Virus record (IMG/VR): IMGVR_UViG_3300033489_000001
Span: 254,023 to 318,022 of that record
Source of the DNA: a virus
Taxonomy: Duplodnaviria; Heunggongvirae; Uroviricota; Caudoviricetes
DNA length: 64,000 nt
Strand: one strand, 5' to 3'
Under the pieces are notes generated by a model. The model was not told where the DNA came from. It searched no databases and saw only the letters and a program-made list of their open reading frames with translations. Below are positions 26,133 to 35,907 of this stretch, piece by piece (the first letter of the stretch is position 1; each line of letters begins with the position of its first letter). The translations under genes were made by a program, and so were the position numbers.

Positions 26133-26591
26133 TTATTTCTGATTGTCAGGCAATGAAACTACTATTAACTCTACCCTTGTTTTAGCACCAATAGTTTCTA
26201 AGATCTTCTTGACATCTTCCCAATTAGCCCCGCCCAAACCAGCGCCTATTCTAGGTAATCCAATTCTCTTTATACTATTTTCTTCCGCAAAACTTACCAT
26301 GTCCTTAACAGCTTTTTCTATGGCTTGCAGATCAGCTCCTGTGTAAGGGCTTTTTTGAGTACCTAAGTTAAATATGAATTTTCCTCTGTCTGTTCTCCAG
26401 GCCATTACGGAACCAAGCCAGAACTTTCCCGCAGTACATTGTCTTTTGTATTCCCTATACATCTGACGATTCCGATTTTTAAATTCTACAGCTATGCCTT
26501 TACCCATCGCTCCAGCACAATTGCACCCGTGAGCAAGAGCATCTAAATCAGGGTAAGTGAATAGGTCACCGGTCACAAAAGTAATTGCCAT
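26133..26591 (-). CDS. Macrodomain protein (DarG/TARG1/Poa1p-like ADP-ribosyl hydrolase)
   Basis: GDLF...HGCNCAGAMGKGIAVEFK...IFNLGTQ...LPRIGAGLGG. Confidence 0.9.
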   Translation of the reverse strand: MAITFVTGDLFTYPDLDALAHGCNCAGAMGKGIAVEFKNRNRQMYREYKRQCTAGKFWLGSVMAWRTDRGKFIFNLGTQKSPYTGADLQAIEKAVKDMVSFAEENSIKRIGLPRIGAGLGGANWEDVKKILETIGAKTRVELIVVSLPDNQK

Positions 26592-26595
26592 GTAT

Positions 26596-27042
26596 TCATC
26601 CCTTTTTTTCGATTAGTAGCCGTCGTTTCATCCAACTTGGAATAGGATCCTTCACCACAAAACCAAAGGATACCCAATAGGGCGGCTCTTCTCTGAATTG
26701 AAGGGGCCGACCAAAGACGGCAATTTTCTTAAATAATGCCGCGTATCCTTTAGCCGATCTAACTGGATCTGTATCCTTTTTGCAGCCTTTGAATATGGTC
26801 CTAGTTATTTGATCGAGTTGATCAAATACCCAGGATTCATGATTCGGAGGAGCGAGAACAATTACGCGCTCGTTATAGTCACCAAACAACAAGGCTGAAA
26901 CAAGTACAGCTTCTAAATTATAAGGATCTAAAGATTTGTCAGAGAACCCTCTAAACTTTGGGAACTTGGAATATAAGCGTAGTTGTTTGAAGGTCGCTTC
27001 TTTGCCCAACATAATTTTGTGACTTTGTTCGAGCGTGATCAT
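26596..27042 (-). CDS. Hypothetical protein
   Basis: 148 aa; GGTGTA 10 nt upstream of the ATG. Confidence 0.6.
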   Translation of the reverse strand: MITLEQSHKIMLGKEATFKQLRLYSKFPKFRGFSDKSLDPYNLEAVLVSALLFGDYNERVIVLAPPNHESWVFDQLDQITRTIFKGCKKDTDPVRSAKGYAALFKKIAVFGRPLQFREEPPYWVSFGFVVKDPIPSWMKRRLLIEKKG

Positions 27043-27086
27043 CCCAAATAGCTACACCAAGTTGCCTGATAATTTCCTTGGGAATT

Positions 27087-27698
27087 TTAAAGCTGTAAAA
27101 GGTGATCTTTAGCAACTAAATTGGCGATTTGTTGAAGCGTGTGTAAGTCCCCGGCTTTAACCCCCACCAGTAGATCAGGCTCAATTTTGTCTATCTCTGT
27201 CTCAGAAGCGTGCCCATCAAATACGAGAGGAGCGTCTATCTTAACAATCTTTATGATTTTACCACCTGCTTCTCTTATGGCTTTTTCTTCGTTAGGAAAA
27301 CGCACGTCAGCAATAAGTACTCGCTCACAGGTAGAGATATCCGCGATTAAACGTTGAACCCAATAATCCCATTGAGCCTTGCGTACATACTCCGTAGCAA
27401 AAAGCTGCATTATTTCGCGGGGGGACCTAGCAATCCTTCCCGCCGGTTGTATATTCAATCCCGTCTCAGAACGCATGGCAGAGAGAAACGAGTCTATTTC
27501 AATTGGTGATGCGAGAGGCACCTCTTTTAAATCAGGGTCATTCAATTGGTTTGCAGTTATCCCAAAGATACGAGGGATCATTTGCTTCAGGGCTTTAGCA
27601 AAATGAGTGATGACAAAAGTTTCGTCGGCTGCCACAATAAGGCGGGCGAAGGTGTCCTTGCCGTGTCCTTTTTTTCCGGTGATTCCGTATAGCTTCAT
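27087..27698 (-). CDS. Deoxynucleoside monophosphate kinase
   Basis: GITGKKGHGKDT P-loop, FAKALK, SPREIMQ, IADVRFPNE, HASE. Confidence 0.88.
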   Translation of the reverse strand: MKLYGITGKKGHGKDTFARLIVAADETFVITHFAKALKQMIPRIFGITANQLNDPDLKEVPLASPIEIDSFLSAMRSETGLNIQPAGRIARSPREIMQLFATEYVRKAQWDYWVQRLIADISTCERVLIADVRFPNEEKAIREAGGKIIKIVKIDAPLVFDGHASETEIDKIEPDLLVGVKAGDLHTLQQIANLVAKDHLLQL

Positions 27699-27785
27699 AG
27701 TAAGTTAATCCTCTTCACAAAAAATACACCAATAACCAACTTTCTGGTGTATTGAAAAACGAGTTACTCACCAAAGGAGATCCCC

Positions 27786-28346
27786 GTGTCAAAACCAAGC
27801 AATCAGAACAATAAGAAAAAAAAGAGGGAGGCCAAATTGAAGAAAAGGGCTGAGGAGGGGAAACTAAGTGGGGGAGTTGCCAGTCAGGCATCTCTAACTG
27901 CACAAGTTAAAATCTTGGATAACAAGATAACGCATATCGCCGAAGGGTTATCAAAAAACCTTCAAAAATTCACGGAAGCGTTTGCTCAGAACTTACAGAT
28001 AATCAGGCAATCGTTCTATGTCACCGATACGCACATAGGAGTATTGCAACGGGTTTGCCAAGATTTGGCTGGCGGAAGAGTGAAACTTACGGATGAAGCT
28101 CTAAAATTTAACGAAGCTAATCCTACAGAGGTTTATGACGGGCCAAACCTCATAGATTTTATCTGGTACTACAAGCAGTTTGAAGAAGAACGAAAGAAAG
28201 CAATGGAAGCGGCTAAAGAAGCGGAGGACGCGGCTAAAGCTCAGGAGGCTACTCAAGAACCGGCTACAGTGCCCGCTACAATACCCGTTACGGTGCCTAA
28301 CGACGGAGGGCAGAAAACTAGTGATGAGGTTTTGAGCCCAACCTAA
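27786..28346 (+). CDS. Hypothetical protein
   Basis: SD AAAGGAG before GTG; GGTGTA at 27746. Confidence 0.6.
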   Translation: MSKPSNQNNKKKKREAKLKKRAEEGKLSGGVASQASLTAQVKILDNKITHIAEGLSKNLQKFTEAFAQNLQIIRQSFYVTDTHIGVLQRVCQDLAGGRVKLTDEALKFNEANPTEVYDGPNLIDFIWYYKQFEEERKKAMEAAKEAEDAAKAQEATQEPATVPATIPVTVPNDGGQKTSDEVLSPT

Positions 28347-28420
28347 CTCTTAAAGAACCTCTCTGACGACCTCCCACTTCTACTCGAATGCCTTGATTGG
28401 ATCAATCAGCTCATTAATTC

Positions 28421-29083
28421 TTAGAATGGATTGGCCGGTAAATTGGCCACATCCAGATACATTTTAAAATTACTTAGAATATTTTTTATTTTCTTTATCT
28501 CCGTCACTCCCCTGGATTTATCTTTAGACTTAAATGCTCTGAGAGCAGCTTCATGCGCTATCTTTAGATCTATCCAAGCATTTAAGTACTTTCTACAATC
28601 TGGAAAGTTTACTTTACCTTTGCCACACATCCGCTTGGTTTGTTGAGAACTTACTTCTATAATAATACGGATAGTATCAAGTAAGTCATCTATCACAGGG
28701 GCATCGGTTTTTTCAATTACCACACAAGGAGTTAGCACTCTTGTGGCCGGGGGGACTTTGATAGGATTACCTTTAACTATCACATCAGAATATCGAGCAA
28801 CTAACTCCAGAGCTAGTTGTGCAGCTTTGTCCTTCTCCCCAGCTTGAGTATAAGAACGAATGGTTTGAATTAGTGCAGACGGGGAGGGAACAATTTGATT
28901 AGCAATAGAAAACCACTGTGCGGCCTCAGCATAATTTTCTTTTAAATATGCTTTTGTGCCGTTATCATATGCTTGTATAGCTGCGGTCTTTGGCGGTAAT
29001 GCAGTTCCTTCCTGTGCCTGAGCGCTAAAAGATATAGTGCAGAAAATGAGAGTAAAAACGATCAATTGAACTACTTTTTTCAT
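28421..29083 (-). CDS. Secreted TPR-like protein
   Basis: Signal peptide (SAQA cleavage-like site); AYDNGTKAYLKENYAEAAQWF TPR-like helix pair. Confidence 0.6.
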   Translation of the reverse strand: MKKVVQLIVFTLIFCTISFSAQAQEGTALPPKTAAIQAYDNGTKAYLKENYAEAAQWFSIANQIVPSPSALIQTIRSYTQAGEKDKAAQLALELVARYSDVIVKGNPIKVPPATRVLTPCVVIEKTDAPVIDDLLDTIRIIIEVSSQQTKRMCGKGKVNFPDCRKYLNAWIDLKIAHEAALRAFKSKDKSRGVTEIKKIKNILSNFKMYLDVANLPANPF

Positions 29084-29312
29084 TGGTATACCTAGTCATA
29101 CTTAGCGCCACCATAAGGGTTTTTCGAATTGTGTAGGGATTTGCGCTAACCCGAAATTTCCCTCATCACTTTCACTAATTATAGGAACTTTCTGTCGAAA
29201 GGGAAACGACAAAAGTTCTTATTTTCTATCTTTGTAAGGAATGTCATGTTTAGTGTGACATTTCCACTTTTATCACATTAGATTAATCAACATTCGAGGG
29301 AGTTGGCGAAAA

Positions 29313-29909
29313 ATGTCTATAAATGAGTACAACCAAATTATTGCAGAGATAAAAAGAGAGTTCCCAAAATTCGAAATAATTGTAAAGACAGACAGTGCTT
29401 TAATGAAGACTTTAAACGTCATCATAAAATATAGCACTTTTGGTAAAGTCAAAGACTTCATGACAAGATACGCAACTACGTTTGGGTATATAGTTTATGT
29501 CCCATCTGAATGGAAAAATTTAGACAGGATAGAAGTGCTATGTCACGAACGTGTGCATATGCGGCAAATGAGAAGGTACGGCCGTTTATGGTTTATGTTC
29601 ACATATCTATTCTTGTTACCCACGGTATTTGCGTATTTTAGAAAAAGATATGAACAAGAAGCTTACGAAGGAAGCATGAGCCATGCCGTTCTACACGGGG
29701 GGATCAAAATGGTAGAGGATAAAGACTACCGAGAAAACGTTATTAAGTCTTTCACTTCCGCCTCATACTTTTGGACATGGCCATTTAGGGAATCAATTGA
29801 GATTTGGTATGATACTGTAGTCGAGAATCTCAGAGTTTCCGAGATTTCCGAAAATAATGAGGTTACCCCTGTGCTTATCAGTCCAAGTAGACGTCCTCCG
29901 GCCGCTTAG
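29313..29909 (+). CDS. HExxH metallopeptidase-like protein with a hydrophobic segment
   Basis: VLCHERVHMRQ...YEQEAY. Confidence 0.6.
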   Translation: MSINEYNQIIAEIKREFPKFEIIVKTDSALMKTLNVIIKYSTFGKVKDFMTRYATTFGYIVYVPSEWKNLDRIEVLCHERVHMRQMRRYGRLWFMFTYLFLLPTVFAYFRKRYEQEAYEGSMSHAVLHGGIKMVEDKDYRENVIKSFTSASYFWTWPFRESIEIWYDTVVENLRVSEISENNEVTPVLISPSRRPPAA

Positions 29910-29930
29910 TATTATGGTGTATCTATCTGA

Positions 29931-30710
29931 GTGTTAATCCCCTCAACAAAACTTTGTGAATGCGGATGCGGAAAAACCACTAATATTAATAGGCAAGGGA
30001 AACCTTACCGCTTTCTTAAAGGACACGCCAAAACTCCACCACACTCGTGTCGGAAACTTCCTCCTTGTGCCCCAGGTTTATGTGCTTGCGGTTGTGGAGG
30101 AGAAACCAACACTCACCGTGGAAAACCCCGAAAATTTATAAAAGGTCATCATGCTAGAGGCGTAAATAACAGTCAATTTGGGAAACCTCGTAGTGCTGAA
30201 ACCAAAATCAAGATTTCTGAAGTTCGCAAACAACGAGGAACTACTTGGTGGTTGGGTAGACAACATACATCTGCTACCCGTAAAAAGATGTCGGCTAGTC
30301 ACATAGCTAATTATAGAAAGGGGAGAAAGAATCCTTTCCTTGGTAAACATCACACAGCAGAATCCAAAGCTAAAGTAGCAAAGAGTAAAGAAAAAGCACT
30401 AAAATTACCGACTAAACCAGAACGTTTGGTTCATGAGGAACTTAAGAATCTTGGCTTATCTTTTATACCCGAATATGCTATTGGACCCTTTAATGTTGAT
30501 GTAGTAATTCCAGCAATTAAAACCGTTATTTTCGTGGATGGCTGTTATTGGCACGCCTGCCCAATACATCACCCAAAAAGGCACAAGCCAATTTCAGATA
30601 ATTCTCGGATACCTTACCTATCTAAATGTGGATATAAAGTAATCATTCTATGGGAACACGAGATTCTAATGGATGTCCAAAAATCCCTACAGAGATCCTT
30701 GGCCGGTTAA
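29931..30710 (+). CDS. Homing-endonuclease-like protein (CxCGCG repeats, NUMOD3 repeats, Vsr/DUF559-like nuclease)
   Basis: CECGCG and CACGCG; RSAETKIKIS, HTSATRKKMS, HTAESKAKV; VDGCYWH...GYKVIILWE. Confidence 0.8.
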   Translation: MLIPSTKLCECGCGKTTNINRQGKPYRFLKGHAKTPPHSCRKLPPCAPGLCACGCGGETNTHRGKPRKFIKGHHARGVNNSQFGKPRSAETKIKISEVRKQRGTTWWLGRQHTSATRKKMSASHIANYRKGRKNPFLGKHHTAESKAKVAKSKEKALKLPTKPERLVHEELKNLGLSFIPEYAIGPFNVDVVIPAIKTVIFVDGCYWHACPIHHPKRHKPISDNSRIPYLSKCGYKVIILWEHEILMDVQKSLQRSLAG

Positions 30711-31342
30711 AAACTTGTAACTACGTGTGTGGATCAGATGAATGTGGCCTCGGCGCATGGGCGGGGAACCTTACGGTTTGTGCCACTATAACCCCAAGAG
30801 ATTGGACATTTCCCGGCGTAACTGACTCCAAGAAGCTTACGGCAACCGCCAGGGAACGCCTCTATCCAGTACTATCTAAGACCCTTACTCATTGCATCGT
30901 ACACATAAACCCCGAAGAGATTGATCGGGAAGGTGTTGGGAACGTTTGGCTCAAAGCTCACGTAAGAGCCATCCAAGGGGCTCTAGAAGCTCACAAAGCT
31001 TTAGGCCACACGGATACTCCCCTAGTTATCGCAGATGGCAACCGAAGCGTTCCAGGGGCCATTTCCTTGCCTAAAGCGGACCTCCTCATCCCAGCGGTCT
31101 CAGCCGCATCCATTTTGGCTAAGGTTACCAGGGACCGGCTTATGAGAGAGATGGACGTACTTTATCCTGGTTATGGCTTTAGCCGAAATTGTGCATATGG
31201 AACCCAAGAACACCGGGCGGCCTTAGAACGTCTTGGGGTGTGCCCAATTCATCGGATGAGCTATTCTCCTATGTCCAGTATGAAAAAAACACCGGAAGTT
31301 GAACAACCGGACTTATTTGATCTGTTGGCAGAAGTTGATTAA
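30650..31342 (+). CDS. rnhB: Ribonuclease HII (start uncertain)
   Basis: GSDECGLGAWAG, DSKKL, ADGN, KADLLIPAVSAASILAKVTRD, YGTQEH, IHRMSY. Confidence 0.9.
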   Translation: MGTRDSNGCPKIPTEILGRLKTCNYVCGSDECGLGAWAGNLTVCATITPRDWTFPGVTDSKKLTATARERLYPVLSKTLTHCIVHINPEEIDREGVGNVWLKAHVRAIQGALEAHKALGHTDTPLVIADGNRSVPGAISLPKADLLIPAVSAASILAKVTRDRLMREMDVLYPGYGFSRNCAYGTQEHRAALERLGVCPIHRMSYSPMSSMKKTPEVEQPDLFDLLAEVD

Positions 31343-31345
31343 ATA

Positions 31346-32296
31346 ATGCCCACTTTCTTAAAATGGGTAGGAGGTAAGCGCCAGTTACTACAAGTGCTCT
31401 CCCAAATTATTACCCATAAGAGCCTAAACTACTACGAGCCCTGCTTAGGTGGGGGCGCTGTATTCTTTCACTTTGCTGCAAAGCGACGCTTTCAAAAAGC
31501 TGTTCTTAACGATGCTAACCCTGAACTCATCAACTGCTACGAGGTAGTACGGGATCAGTTAAGAAGTCTCTTACAAAGATTAGACAAATACCGAGCAGAC
31601 CCCGATTGGAATACACAAGCCTATTTCAATCAAGTTCGGTCGGAAAAACTCTCAGATCCTGTAGAACAAGCTGCCCGTACCATCTACCTAAACCATCTCG
31701 GTTTCAATGGACTCTTTAGAGTCAACCGGGCGGGTGAGTTCAATGCCCCTTTTGGTAAATATAACAACCCTCATCTTTATAATAAAGTAAACATCACAGC
31801 GTGTTCAGAGACTCTTCGGGGTTATGCCACCTTACGGACAGGGGATTTTTCCGAAGCGGTAAAGGATGCGAAAGCTGGGGACTTAGTCTACTTCGACCCT
31901 CCTTACGTTCCGATATCCAAAACGGCTAACTTTACAGCTTATACCGGACAGTTTGGAGAAAAGGAGCAAGAACGGCTTGCTTCTCTATTTCGTGAACTGT
32001 TTGACCGGGGAGTTATGGTTATTCAATCAAACTCAGATTCCCCTATCATTCGTAAGTTGTATGAAGGATTTGACCTTCACGTAGTTGGCGCAAAACGTAT
32101 GGTCAATTCTAAAGGAGATAAACGAGGAGAGATCAATGAACTGGTAATTGTGGGGCAACCTAAGAACCTAAAAGTTGATGTGCCCGCAGCAACCGGTCTT
32201 CCTGATGTGTTCCCTTTAGAATGTGCAGACTGCGGGGAAATTTACAGCACATCCGATATTATTTGTCCTAAGTGTGGCTCAACTCAAACTATTTAG
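31346..32296 (+). CDS. dam: Dam-family DNA adenine methyltransferase with C-terminal Zn ribbon
   Basis: LKWVGGK, EPCLGGGAV, YFDPPY, SNS motifs; tail CADC...CPKC. Confidence 0.92.
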   Translation: MPTFLKWVGGKRQLLQVLSQIITHKSLNYYEPCLGGGAVFFHFAAKRRFQKAVLNDANPELINCYEVVRDQLRSLLQRLDKYRADPDWNTQAYFNQVRSEKLSDPVEQAARTIYLNHLGFNGLFRVNRAGEFNAPFGKYNNPHLYNKVNITACSETLRGYATLRTGDFSEAVKDAKAGDLVYFDPPYVPISKTANFTAYTGQFGEKEQERLASLFRELFDRGVMVIQSNSDSPIIRKLYEGFDLHVVGAKRMVNSKGDKRGEINELVIVGQPKNLKVDVPAATGLPDVFPLECADCGEIYSTSDIICPKCGSTQTI

Positions 32297-32305
32297 TAAG
32301 AAGGA

Positions 32306-32938
32306 ATGATCCCAGGAACTCATATTGCTGTTGTTTCTAAAGATTGTTTTGAAACTTTTTCTGGACGTTTTCAAGGATGGGAGCTACGAGACACCCTTTT
32401 AGTTCTCACCCCCGGTCCTAGCACTCTTTACGTGTTTTTGTTTAGAGTCCCGCTGCAAGAATCCACTGTGATCGCCCAGGTGCTTAAAACCGGTACCAGT
32501 GGGCTCAACATTGATGCTTGCCGGATTGGGACACAAACAAAAACCAATAGCAGTTCTCCTTCTAAGTTTCGCCAAGTTGTCCATAATTATGGTCGTTGGC
32601 CTTCCAACCTTTTGCTTATCCATCACGCGGAATGTGTGAATGATCAAGCTTGGACTTGTCATCCAAGCTGTCCGGTAAGGTTGCTAGATAAGCAAAGTGG
32701 GGAACGGCCTAGTGGCACATCAAATGGAAACGCTCTTGTAGGTGAAATACCAACAAAGGGAATACCTTTACGAAGAGGAACTTTGATCAGTCGTTATGAC
32801 ACAGGTGGGGCTTCTCGTTTCTACCCCCAATTTAAGAACCTATCTGAATGCTTAGATTGGATCAATAAGCTCATCAACCCAAACTTCACTCGGATAGCCA
32901 CTCTACAATCCAAGGAGCGATCAAACACAGCAACATGA
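32306..32938 (+). CDS. Truncated or degenerate DNA methyltransferase-related protein
   Basis: GLNIDACRIG, GRWPSNL, DTGGASRFY blocks typical of phage N4/N6 MTases, but no DPPY or FxGxG motif. Confidence 0.55.
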   Translation: MIPGTHIAVVSKDCFETFSGRFQGWELRDTLLVLTPGPSTLYVFLFRVPLQESTVIAQVLKTGTSGLNIDACRIGTQTKTNSSSPSKFRQVVHNYGRWPSNLLLIHHAECVNDQAWTCHPSCPVRLLDKQSGERPSGTSNGNALVGEIPTKGIPLRRGTLISRYDTGGASRFYPQFKNLSECLDWINKLINPNFTRIATLQSKERSNTAT

Positions 32939-33025
32939 CCAGAGCCACGCCGCCTAGAACAACGATTGGCTGCCAATTGCTTTGCCACCAAGTACATTCT
33001 GCATCTGGTTTTTGGAGCAAGCTTT

Positions 33026-34720
33026 TCACGGAAAGACCACTTCGCACTCCACCAAAAGATCAGCTCCCTTGTTGTAGGTTTGGATCCTAGGCTTGAATCC
33101 ATGAACCCCGCTTGAATTCTTTCTGATGGAAGCTTCTATGATTTTTTCAATTGCTTGACGAGCTTTACGAGCGGCGGTGGAATCCTCGGAAGCATCTTTG
33201 ATGGTTACATAAACGATAGGCCCAAAAGCTGTTTTGGTCGCAATAGAGTAACCCTCAATTTTAACTTTGGATTCGATCTCTTTTGCAAGTTCTTCCATCC
33301 ATTTTTCGATTAAGCCTTTTTCCTCTGCCATTTTAGCCTCCAAATACCGCGTGATTACCCGTGTAGCTTGTTTCCCTCTCCATTTTTCATAATACGGTTT
33401 TTGGTACTTCCAGTCTAAAGACCGTATTTTGACTTTAGGAAAACGATCCTTGGAGTCTGGATTTGGATTAAGAACTTCTTGATCCCCTCTTTCTCTTAGG
33501 AATCGTATACGGGTGCTGTCTTTGTCGTCTTTACCCTTCTCTTCGAGATTTGGTTTGTCTTTTTGTTCTTCCTTATCTTTTCCTTTTTCAGAGGCAGTTG
33601 GTTTGGCTCTCTTTTCAGCATCTTCATTCATAGCCTTAATAGCATTAGCAATACTGTCTTTTTCAGACTCTTTCGGTAGGCCATTTAAAGAACGCCCATA
33701 AGAGGTAGGTTTGTGAAGTTTGTAAGGAGAAGAGGCATAAAGGATTTTATTAATCTCTTTCTTAGCCTTATCTTTTTCCTCATCCTTCATCCCCGAAAGT
33801 TTATACATCATCTCCCGAGCTTTAGTTCTAAGTTCCTCAGCCTTTTTTGGATTAGGATCCGGGGGGCCTTTACGATAGTGAATGAAGTTATCCGGGGAAG
33901 CTTTCTGTATGTCCTCTAGAGCCTGAGCATTTTGCTTGTACCAGTTGGAGATGTCAGATTGGTCTACCATCCGTTTGCCCATGACCTTCCCACGGGCAAG
34001 GTTGGACAGCTCCGTATCAGCTTGTTCCGGATGAAGGAAAATAACCGTTACTTCGTAGCCATGCGATTTAGCCGCATCGATCTGACCTTTATAATCTTGA
34101 GCATCGATGTCCTCCCCGGCGGAATCAACGATCAGGAGGTCCTCAACTTTTTCGATCTTCCGGTTAACGGATTCTTCAAAGTGATAACGAGCTTTATCCT
34201 TAAAGCGTTCCTTTGGCTTACCCGTCTCTTCGTTCTTTTCTTTAACGTCGTCATGCCAACCACGCATGGACACATAAAAATCTTTGTTGGTCTTCTTGAA
34301 GAAATCCCCAAAGTTGTCTGGGAAATCCTCGTGCTTTACAACTTTACCTAACTCTACTCGTTCACCGTCTTTGGTCTCATACCAATGATCGGAAAGAGCT
34401 TTCTTGAAAGATGCTGTTCCCTTACCATGAGCTTTCTTTAGAGCTTCAAAATGTTTATTGGCTTCTTCAAATTGAATTGCCCGTAAGTGATTGTCCGATT
34501 CATCTTGTTCCGGACGCTCAGGGATATCAGCATCAGTAAGTAAGGGATCCCCTTTGTCGTTGATGAGCATTTGAGGGAGCTTCCACCCGTACTTAGGTGG
34601 AGGTTCCCCTAAGAAGAATCCCTTCCCCGCTGCGGGAGGCCCCATCATAACAATCATGCGCTTTTTATCGCTCTTAGCGTTTAGAAAGCGTCTTACAACT
34701 TGATAGGCTTCATTACTCAT
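33026..34720 (-). CDS. Zeta-toxin-like P-loop kinase domain protein
   Basis: VMMGPPAAGKG Walker A, LLIVDSAG, GYEVTVIFL, NLARG; carries VVRRF and RVITRY motifs. Confidence 0.6.
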   Translation of the reverse strand: MSNEAYQVVRRFLNAKSDKKRMIVMMGPPAAGKGFFLGEPPPKYGWKLPQMLINDKGDPLLTDADIPERPEQDESDNHLRAIQFEEANKHFEALKKAHGKGTASFKKALSDHWYETKDGERVELGKVVKHEDFPDNFGDFFKKTNKDFYVSMRGWHDDVKEKNEETGKPKERFKDKARYHFEESVNRKIEKVEDLLIVDSAGEDIDAQDYKGQIDAAKSHGYEVTVIFLHPEQADTELSNLARGKVMGKRMVDQSDISNWYKQNAQALEDIQKASPDNFIHYRKGPPDPNPKKAEELRTKAREMMYKLSGMKDEEKDKAKKEINKILYASSPYKLHKPTSYGRSLNGLPKESEKDSIANAIKAMNEDAEKRAKPTASEKGKDKEEQKDKPNLEEKGKDDKDSTRIRFLRERGDQEVLNPNPDSKDRFPKVKIRSLDWKYQKPYYEKWRGKQATRVITRYLEAKMAEEKGLIEKWMEELAKEIESKVKIEGYSIATKTAFGPIVYVTIKDASEDSTAARKARQAIEKIIEASIRKNSSGVHGFKPRIQTYNKGADLLVECEVVFP

Positions 34721-34815
34721 TTTTTTCTATTGAGTTGAGTAAGCGTTTCCATGCACGTCTGCCTAAAGTAGGCCCAAGGCGGTCTGCAAACGAGATAAGA
34801 CTCTTGAGGGATTAG

Positions 34816-35901
34816 TCATGCTGCCTCTTCCAATAAGTGAACCTGTTTAAGCGTGTTCTGAATAAAGGCACGAAGATCTTTGGTATTCCAAGGTACTTCA
34901 ATAAGGGTCACACTGTTGGCTTTGCAAAGCTCTCGTTTCTCTTGATCCCTTTGTAATTGCCAAGCAAAGTCTTTTTGGGTTTTGTGCAACCACGGGCACC
35001 ACTTATAATGTTGATCTCCTTGATACTCAAAAGCCGTGTGAAGAACTTTAGAGTATCCATCCAACTCCATTTTATTTCCCCTCGAATTTCTTAACCATTC
35101 TGGTCTGTTCTTTGGAAATAGCTCATGTAATAAAAATTCAAAGACACGACGACATTGATTCTCCCCTTTACTTTGTTTACAGTAAGGGCACCATGAGTCC
35201 CTAGTCTTCACATTATTAGGTAGAGTCCACCATTTATGTTCTTTTGCACATTGCCATAAAAGTTTTTCATAACTTTTATACTCCGAGGACAAGCAAAGAC
35301 CTCCTCTACTTATTGCAAATTCTTGCATTTCTTCAATTGTATTCTTTTTATGCCCAACACATTGAGGGCACCAAGATCCTTTTATTATTACGCGGGCGGT
35401 CGTTTCCCATTCATGGCCTTTTTCACATCTCCACCATAACTTTTGTCCTGGATGGGATTCAACGGATAGACACATCCCCTTTTTATTGTGCGCTAGTTGT
35501 TGTAGATAAGCAAGAGCATAAGGAAAGTTGTTATTAGAGCAATAAGGGCACCAGCTCCCAGATTTAGCGGATCGTAAGGTTGCTTCCCATTCATGGCCTT
35601 GGGAACACTTCCATAATAGTTTAGCTTTAAAATTGTCTATCTTATCAGATAGACAATTACCCCCTTTGTTTAAAGCTATTTGTTGAGCATCAACTATTGA
35701 ACAAGGTGCTCTGTGGGCACAATAAGGGCACCAAGTACCGCTATTCTTGACATTCTCTAGATTAGCTTCCCATTCATGCCTTTGAGCACACTGCCATAAT
35801 AACTTAGTCTTTCCATTAATGTAAGAAAGAGACAGACAAACTCCACCCCTATTAATTGCTACCGCTTGTGCTACTTCAAGGGTGAGGTTAGGTCTGAACA
35901 T
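34816..35901 (-). CDS. Zn-ribbon repeat protein with C-terminal PD-(D/E)XK nuclease (free-standing homing-endonuclease-like)
   Basis: Four WxCxxxH[EK]W...WCPxC repeats; MELDGY...AFEYQGDQHY. Confidence 0.8.
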   Translation of the reverse strand: MFRPNLTLEVAQAVAINRGGVCLSLSYINGKTKLLWQCAQRHEWEANLENVKNSGTWCPYCAHRAPCSIVDAQQIALNKGGNCLSDKIDNFKAKLLWKCSQGHEWEATLRSAKSGSWCPYCSNNNFPYALAYLQQLAHNKKGMCLSVESHPGQKLWWRCEKGHEWETTARVIIKGSWCPQCVGHKKNTIEEMQEFAISRGGLCLSSEYKSYEKLLWQCAKEHKWWTLPNNVKTRDSWCPYCKQSKGENQCRRVFEFLLHELFPKNRPEWLRNSRGNKMELDGYSKVLHTAFEYQGDQHYKWCPWLHKTQKDFAWQLQRDQEKRELCKANSVTLIEVPWNTKDLRAFIQNTLKQVHLLEEAA

Positions 35902-35907
35902 TTTTGT

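Noticed and set aside
29931-30710. Group I intron or intein hosting the NUMOD3 endonuclease
   Set aside because: No interrupted host gene and no recognisable intron core or intein termini; the RNase HII catalytic motifs all lie downstream
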